In this document: piece after piece, positions 58,997 through 64,000 of the stretch
Layout: every line of letters begins with the position of its first letter
How positions within the stretch are numbered: position 1 is the stretch's first letter
Assembly (NCBI GenBank): GCA_040006935.1
Contig: JBDTVZ010000001.1
Coordinates: 359,772 to 423,771 of the forward strand
Reading direction: 5' to 3'
Origin: Candidatus Dojkabacteria bacterium
GTDB lineage: Bacteria > Patescibacteriota > Dojkabacteria > J137
DNA: 64,000 bases
Notes under the pieces: generated by a model
The model's database searches: none
What the model saw: only the letters and a program-made list of their open reading frames with translations
Told to the model about the DNA's origin: nothing
Position numbers and translations under genes: made by a program

Positions 58997-59025
58997 AAAA
59001 AAGACCCGAGAGGGTCTTTTTTTTT
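58997..59025. terminator. Bidirectional Rho-independent terminator
   Basis: A6-GACCC-GAGA-GGGTC-T9 between convergent rplT and the PBP gene. Confidence 0.88.
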
Positions 59026-59146
59026 GTCATAGCGACCTGCCTGACTGCGCACGCAGGCATGGGGAGTCCCAGAGGGATGGCATACGGCCCCGAAACCACA
59101 CTTTTGTTTGGGCCGTTCTTATTAGCTTTGCTTATAAAAATGAAAC

Positions 59147-59170
59147 AAGGGTCGCCAATTGACGACCCTT
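59147..59170. repeat. REP-like palindrome AAGGGTCGCCAATTGACGACCCTT
   Basis: Same stem as the REP at 50601; could terminate the PBP gene. Confidence 0.7.
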
Positions 59171-59194
59171 CTTAACTGAATATCTTTTAATTTT

Positions 59195-62100
59195 TTACGG
59201 CGCTATCGTTATAGTTGTCGTATATACTCCAGGATCCGACGTAATTGTTCCACCTCCGCTAATACTTGCAGTAGCAAAGAACTGGTAATTACCTGGTACT
59301 AATCCTCCCCACGAGACAGATGCACCATTCCCCACCGCAGTAGTAACGCCATCTTTTATTTGCCATATTGTGAATCCAGATATTCCACCTGGATTTACTC
59401 CAGTGTAGCTGACAGTTAAGCTTCTAGTAGCGGGACAAGGAGGAGCTCCACTAATACTGCAAGAACCTGGTGCGGCAGGGGTAACAAAAACACTGAGTTT
59501 ATCTGTTGTACTGGATCCATTTATTACTGTAATACTTGCTGAGTATAGGCCTCCGTTTGTTACCGCAGTTAATGTATAACTTCCGGCATCTAAAGCAGGG
59601 ATAGGGCAGGTGACATCGAAATTAGGGTTGCCTGGAGCTATAGCTGCAGTACATCCTGCTAGAGATCTATTTCCCATTGTAAACGAAACGCTTGAAATAC
59701 CACCTCCCGAATCAAATGCTGTTCCTTTTATATTTATACTTCCAGAAACAGCTGCTCCATCACCTGGCGCATTTATAAATAATCCATTTCTGTTAACATT
59801 ACAGCTTGCTGTTGGTGCACCATTAAACGAACCTCTTCCTGTGAAGTCTTGATCTAATTGCGGTTGCCATGCTGCAACTGGATCAATATAGTATATAAAT
59901 TCTTTCTGTATTGACTTACCAGCATCTATGTCTATTTGTCTAGCTAGTCTATCTTGTTGATCTACACAAACTGTAGCTCTTATTTTTTTAGTATCTATTG
60001 GTGGGTTTTTTCCTTCAATCATCCAGCCAGAAGTTAAACCTTGGCATTCTCCCGCTGCATTACATCCACCTCCACCTTGAATAATATTTCCTGGTCGTGG
60101 GAATGAAGTTCGAGCAGAGAAGTAAGGGAAATCCCCAATTGCTCTTAAATAGTCGGAATACCATGGGCCTATTAAATAATAAGCATATCCGTAGTTTTCG
60201 TCCATTGGTACTTTTATATTATTCCCAACCCAGGCCAAGCTAACCATGTCTGGGGTAAATCCAACAAACCATGAGTCTTCGTTGTTATTTGTTGTTCCAG
60301 TTTTACCTGCGAATTCTCTTCCATCCCAAGATATATTATTTCCTGGAGGAACGTTCTTTAATATTTGATCAAGAATAAATATTGCTTGTGGATCTCCAAC
60401 TGGTGTTCTTTCCGGTGTTGCTTCGTAAACTGTCTTTCCATCTTTATCTACAATCTTTAATATTGGATTTACTTTTACTAAATCTCCATCGTTTGCAAAA
60501 ACTCCATAAGCTTGAGCGTGTTCAATTGGTTTAACAGAAACTCCTCCTAAAATGACGGCTTCTCCATAAGATCCTGTGTAAGTTGTATAACCAAATGATT
60601 TTGCAGTATCTATATAATTTTGAACTCCAATTGCTCCAACAACTTGAATAGCTGGAATATTTCGTGAATCAGCAAGTGCTTGTCCTGCTGTATAGGAAAT
60701 TCCTTTGTAAGCTCCATCCCAGTTTTTAGGGTCGTAGATATTACCATTTGCATCTACAATTTTTAATGGGAAGTCTGGGAGTAAACTTCCAGGAAAAAGC
60801 TTTCCTTCTTTAAAAGCAATGTAATATCCTAATGGTTTATTGGAAGATCCTGGTTCTCTAATAGATGTGAGTACATCTACTTCTGGGTCGAATTTGCACC
60901 CATTATCATCGCATCCGGAACTTTCTCCGTAAAAGTCTTTCGATCCAGCATAGGCAATAATTTGACCATTGTTTGGTGTAATTGAAACTAGAGCTGCATT
61001 ATTTGCATTCCAGTATGAGTAATCGTTTCCAGCATGAGCGACTGCGCCTTCTGCAATTTTTTGCACATTATAGTCCATTGTTGTATAGATTCTATATCCA
61101 CCAACTTGCAGATCTTGTCTTGTAAATGGTTCTGTTCCATTTTTATAGTTTCTTGTTTGTAGCTCTTGTATCACATAGTTTACAAAATGTCCGGCTAAAA
61201 TATCTGTTGCAACTGGTGGTTTTAAAACTGCTCTCCAATCCTCAGCTTTAGCTTGATCTACTAAATCGTCTGTTATTGTATTTAATTTACCATCGTCGTT
61301 GTAGTATTTTGCAAGGTCTGCATTGAATTTATCTTTGTTTGTTGCAAGCTGACCAAATACATAATCCATTCTTTCCTGAAGTCTTTCCTGAGATGCCTTT
61401 GTATCTTGATCGTAGGGAACAGTAGGGGATAGGTAACTTGGATTTTGTATTATAGATGCGAGCATTACAGCCTCCGCTATTGTTAAGTCTTTTGGTTCTT
61501 TTCTAAAATAGAAGTTTGCGGCAGCTTTTAGTCCTACTATTGAGGATCCATAAGGTGTTGCTCTTAAATACATTAATAGAATTTGTTCTTTCGGATAGCT
61601 TTGTTCAACTTTAGAAGCTAATAATAATTCTTCAATTTTTTGTTGAAGCTTAGATGAATCTTGATTTTGCCTAATTTGTGTTGTTAATTTAACTAACTGT
61701 TGTGTAATTGTACTGGCACCGCAGGGATTGCTTGAATCTTTTACATAATTAAGTCCGCACCTTAAAATAGCTGAGGGATCAAAACCTCCATGTTCAAAAA
61801 AGTTTGCGTCTTCCGCAGCTAAAAATGCGAGTTTTACGGTATCTGGTATTTCTGAAATTACAAAATTATCTGCGTTGTATTGACTGAAAATTCTGTAAAG
61901 CTTTGTTCCTCCTGTTCCGCCATCCATTGCGAGTCTATCGTAAATTTCGGAAGCGACTGGTAAGTCTTGAAAAACTGTATCTGGATTTGGTAATTTATCA
62001 TTTAAACTTTGAACGTAAGCAAAAAATCTTAAGCCTACTAAGAACAAGATAATAAAAAAAACTCCCATAGAAATGAGAAGGATTTTCTTCATTTTCTTTG

Positions 62101-62230
62101 AGAGTTTTATGCTTCTGGGTTTAAAGCTGATTAATTTTCTGTGGATTTTACCTTTGTTTTCTCTAACGATATCCATTCTTGATTTTACAAGTTTTGAATT
62201 TTTAGCTCGCGACAGATATACCTTTTTCAT
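59195..62230 (-). CDS. Class A penicillin-binding protein with C-terminal Ig-like domains
   Basis: AAEDANFFEHGG, GASTITQQLVK (GT51); SSNK, SRN, KTG (transpeptidase); Cys/Gly-rich beta-sandwich tail. Confidence 0.93.
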   Translation of the reverse strand: MKKVYLSRAKNSKLVKSRMDIVRENKGKIHRKLISFKPRSIKLSKKMKKILLISMGVFFIILFLVGLRFFAYVQSLNDKLPNPDTVFQDLPVASEIYDRLAMDGGTGGTKLYRIFSQYNADNFVISEIPDTVKLAFLAAEDANFFEHGGFDPSAILRCGLNYVKDSSNPCGASTITQQLVKLTTQIRQNQDSSKLQQKIEELLLASKVEQSYPKEQILLMYLRATPYGSSIVGLKAAANFYFRKEPKDLTIAEAVMLASIIQNPSYLSPTVPYDQDTKASQERLQERMDYVFGQLATNKDKFNADLAKYYNDDGKLNTITDDLVDQAKAEDWRAVLKPPVATDILAGHFVNYVIQELQTRNYKNGTEPFTRQDLQVGGYRIYTTMDYNVQKIAEGAVAHAGNDYSYWNANNAALVSITPNNGQIIAYAGSKDFYGESSGCDDNGCKFDPEVDVLTSIREPGSSNKPLGYYIAFKEGKLFPGSLLPDFPLKIVDANGNIYDPKNWDGAYKGISYTAGQALADSRNIPAIQVVGAIGVQNYIDTAKSFGYTTYTGSYGEAVILGGVSVKPIEHAQAYGVFANDGDLVKVNPILKIVDKDGKTVYEATPERTPVGDPQAIFILDQILKNVPPGNNISWDGREFAGKTGTTNNNEDSWFVGFTPDMVSLAWVGNNIKVPMDENYGYAYYLIGPWYSDYLRAIGDFPYFSARTSFPRPGNIIQGGGGCNAAGECQGLTSGWMIEGKNPPIDTKKIRATVCVDQQDRLARQIDIDAGKSIQKEFIYYIDPVAAWQPQLDQDFTGRGSFNGAPTASCNVNRNGLFINAPGDGAAVSGSINIKGTAFDSGGGISSVSFTMGNRSLAGCTAAIAPGNPNFDVTCPIPALDAGSYTLTAVTNGGLYSASITVINGSSTTDKLSVFVTPAAPGSCSISGAPPCPATRSLTVSYTGVNPGGISGFTIWQIKDGVTTAVGNGASVSWGGLVPGNYQFFATASISGGGTITSDPGVYTTTITIAP

Positions 62231-62389
62231 TGAGATTATTTAACTGTTAAGTTTAATGCATTACTGTTCATCCAATATACTAGTGTCTTCAAGTGTACAA
62301 AAAGTACGACATGAACACTGTTATTCATTATAGGAGTAAATGTGAAAAATTGAAATAGAGTATCGAAAAAAATAGGATAATCGGGTATA

Positions 62390-62461
62390 ATCGGGATGTG
62401 AGTTTGAGTGGATGAGAGGTCTGGTTACGAGACTCGTAACTACTAAACTCATCATCCCGAT
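62390..62461. other. Long imperfect hairpin upstream of tRNA-Ser
   Basis: ATCGGGATG-TGAGTTT..GTTACGAG-A-CTCGTAAC..AAACTCA-T-CATCCCGAT. Confidence 0.65.
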
Positions 62462-62469
62462 AACTTTTA

Positions 62470-62541
62470 GGAGAGTTGATGCTTCGGCAAGCTCCATGCC
62501 AGAGGCAGGCAAGCAGCACAGGCTCCGTGGTCTAACGCGTC
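62470..62541 (+). pseudogene. Duplicated 5' fragment of tRNA-Ser(TGA) interrupted by REP-like sequence
   Basis: GGAGAGTTG + insert + GTGGTCTAACGCGTC, both pieces identical to the tRNA at 62592. Confidence 0.75.
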
Positions 62542-62591
62542 TAGGTGTAGGAAGGAAGGAGTTAGGTGTAATATTAGATAAGTAAATTATT

Positions 62592-62676
62592 GGAGAGTTG
62601 GCAGAGTGGTCTAACGCGTCCGTCTTGAAAACGGATGTCTCGCAAGGGACCGGGGGTTCGAATCCCTCACTCTCCG
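62592..62676 (+). tRNA. tRNA-Ser(TGA)
   Basis: GGAGAGT..ACTCTCC acceptor stem, TCCGT-CTTGAAA-ACGGA, long variable arm, GGTTCGAATCC. Confidence 0.96.
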
Positions 62677-62783
62677 TTTTAATACGCACTATGTGCTTTG
62701 ACAAATAAATTCTTCTATAAAACGTCCATTGATATCCAAATAACTTTAAATTAAGATAGAATCAATATTTCTAATCTTCTTTT

Positions 62784-63860
62784 ATGGCTTTAGAAAATTC
62801 ACTTTACGATATAACTCAACCATTAAGATATAATCAACAGAATCCTCCTGCATCCGAAAGAATTCTAAAACTTCCAGACAGTCCCATTAAAACTAATATT
62901 TTTGGAAGAACATTAAATTCACCTTTAGGCATTCCTGCAAGTCCTTTAACTATGAGTCCTGAACGTATCAAAGATTTAGCTCTAAGAGGATATGATTTAA
63001 TAACGGTAAAAAGTTCAAGGAGTCATTTTCATACTGGAAACGATTTTCCGCATTGGATGTACGTGGATTCACCAAATCAGCTGACTGTTGCAAACTTCGA
63101 TGACGAGTTAATGGGAGATTTTAATCCTTTTGCGAACCAAGGAGTTTCTACTGCAAATAGTTTTGGCATTGCATCAGAAGATCCGAAAAAATGGATTGCG
63201 GATTTTGAGGAATCTCAGCAGTACATTGCACCAGGTCAGATTTTAATTTTATCTGTCATGCCAAGTACTTTACAAAGTGAAACTTTAATTGAAGATATTC
63301 AAAAATTAGCTTTGCAAATAGAGCAGACTACTGCAGAAATTATTGAACTCAATCTTGCTTGCCCTAACACTGGTGGGCATGGCTTAATTTATCAGGATTT
63401 AGAGCTTTCTACTAGGTTATTAAAAGAACTACAAAGACTTTTACCAGGTAGAAAAATCGTTGCAAAAATTGGGTATTATCCAAATCAAAGTGAGCTTGAG
63501 CAATTTATTTTTTTAAATCAGGAATTAGCTGGAATAGCTAGTACAAATACTTTTGCAATGAAGATTGTAGATAATCATGGAGCTCCAGCATTTGGAGAAA
63601 AAAGACTAAAAGCTGGAGTATCAGGAGCTACTATTAAAAACTTATCTTTACAACAAGCCGGGAATTTAGTTGATATTCGAAATAAATATGGATTAAAAGG
63701 GAGTATGTGGATTATTGGAATTGGGGGAATAGTTAAGCCTACGGATATTGAGCAGTACATGTATATTGCGAAAGTGGATGCTGTACAGTCCGCAGTTGGA
63801 GTTTGGAATAATCCTAACCTAGCAATTGATTATAGAAATTTACATATGCAAGAAGCGTGA
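62784..63860 (+). CDS. Dihydroorotate dehydrogenase-like flavoprotein (class 1-type)
   Basis: PLGIPASP, ITVKS, ANSFG, ELNLACPN, STNT, GVSG, IGIGGI. Confidence 0.8.
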   Translation: MALENSLYDITQPLRYNQQNPPASERILKLPDSPIKTNIFGRTLNSPLGIPASPLTMSPERIKDLALRGYDLITVKSSRSHFHTGNDFPHWMYVDSPNQLTVANFDDELMGDFNPFANQGVSTANSFGIASEDPKKWIADFEESQQYIAPGQILILSVMPSTLQSETLIEDIQKLALQIEQTTAEIIELNLACPNTGGHGLIYQDLELSTRLLKELQRLLPGRKIVAKIGYYPNQSELEQFIFLNQELAGIASTNTFAMKIVDNHGAPAFGEKRLKAGVSGATIKNLSLQQAGNLVDIRNKYGLKGSMWIIGIGGIVKPTDIEQYMYIAKVDAVQSAVGVWNNPNLAIDYRNLHMQEA

Positions 63861-64000
63861 TTTTAGACGACTGCATTACACCAAAGTTCCGCAGGCCAGA
63901 GGTGGCAAAACGGTCAGTATTTTGAAAAAACCTATCTGATATTTCTTATGACTTTACCACCTGTAGCACTCTTGTGGATGCTCCAGCTTGGAAATGTTGC

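Noticed and set aside
62321-62704. 127-aa minus-strand ORF
   Set aside because: Antisense to tRNA-Ser(TGA) and repeats; no protein features
63930-64000. Possible 3' end of a minus-strand gene at the window edge
   Set aside because: Too short to support any call

Overview
AT-rich bacterial chromosome segment using the standard genetic code. Gene content and style suggest a Patescibacteria/CPR genome, possibly Dojkabacteria-like (inference only). It is mostly housekeeping: nrdR-nrdJ under tandem NrdR boxes, a Mur ligase, mraY, murA, pgeF, murB, a class A PBP, uvrC, a half-length uvrB, nth, mutL, an ATP-dependent ligase, clpP, a T-box(Ala)-led MBL/GNAT/alaS operon, thrS-like-infC-rpmI-rplT and five intact tRNAs. 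Orphan membrane or secreted proteins are interspersed. The most unusual items are: (1) the gene at the canonical thrS position keeps an intact editing site and anticodon-binding domain but has an eroded aminoacylation core, making it a candidate bacterial trans-editing ThrRS; (2) further half or dead enzymes (uvrB N-half, TsaD domain-2-like, RlmK-like, PilD N-domain); (3) a RAYT transposase with a diverse GTAG-REP population, a ~100-bp composite repeat in about 6 copies, and REP/heptamer insertions inside alaS, the RAYT, uvrC, the Mur ligase and the T-box; (4) duplicated tRNA fragments and an inverted pseudo-tRNA-Phe; (5) a twin-arginine metalloprotease gene bracketed by a 34-bp direct repeat; (6) candidate small RNAs. 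All calls are by-eye motif recognition; no database searches were run.
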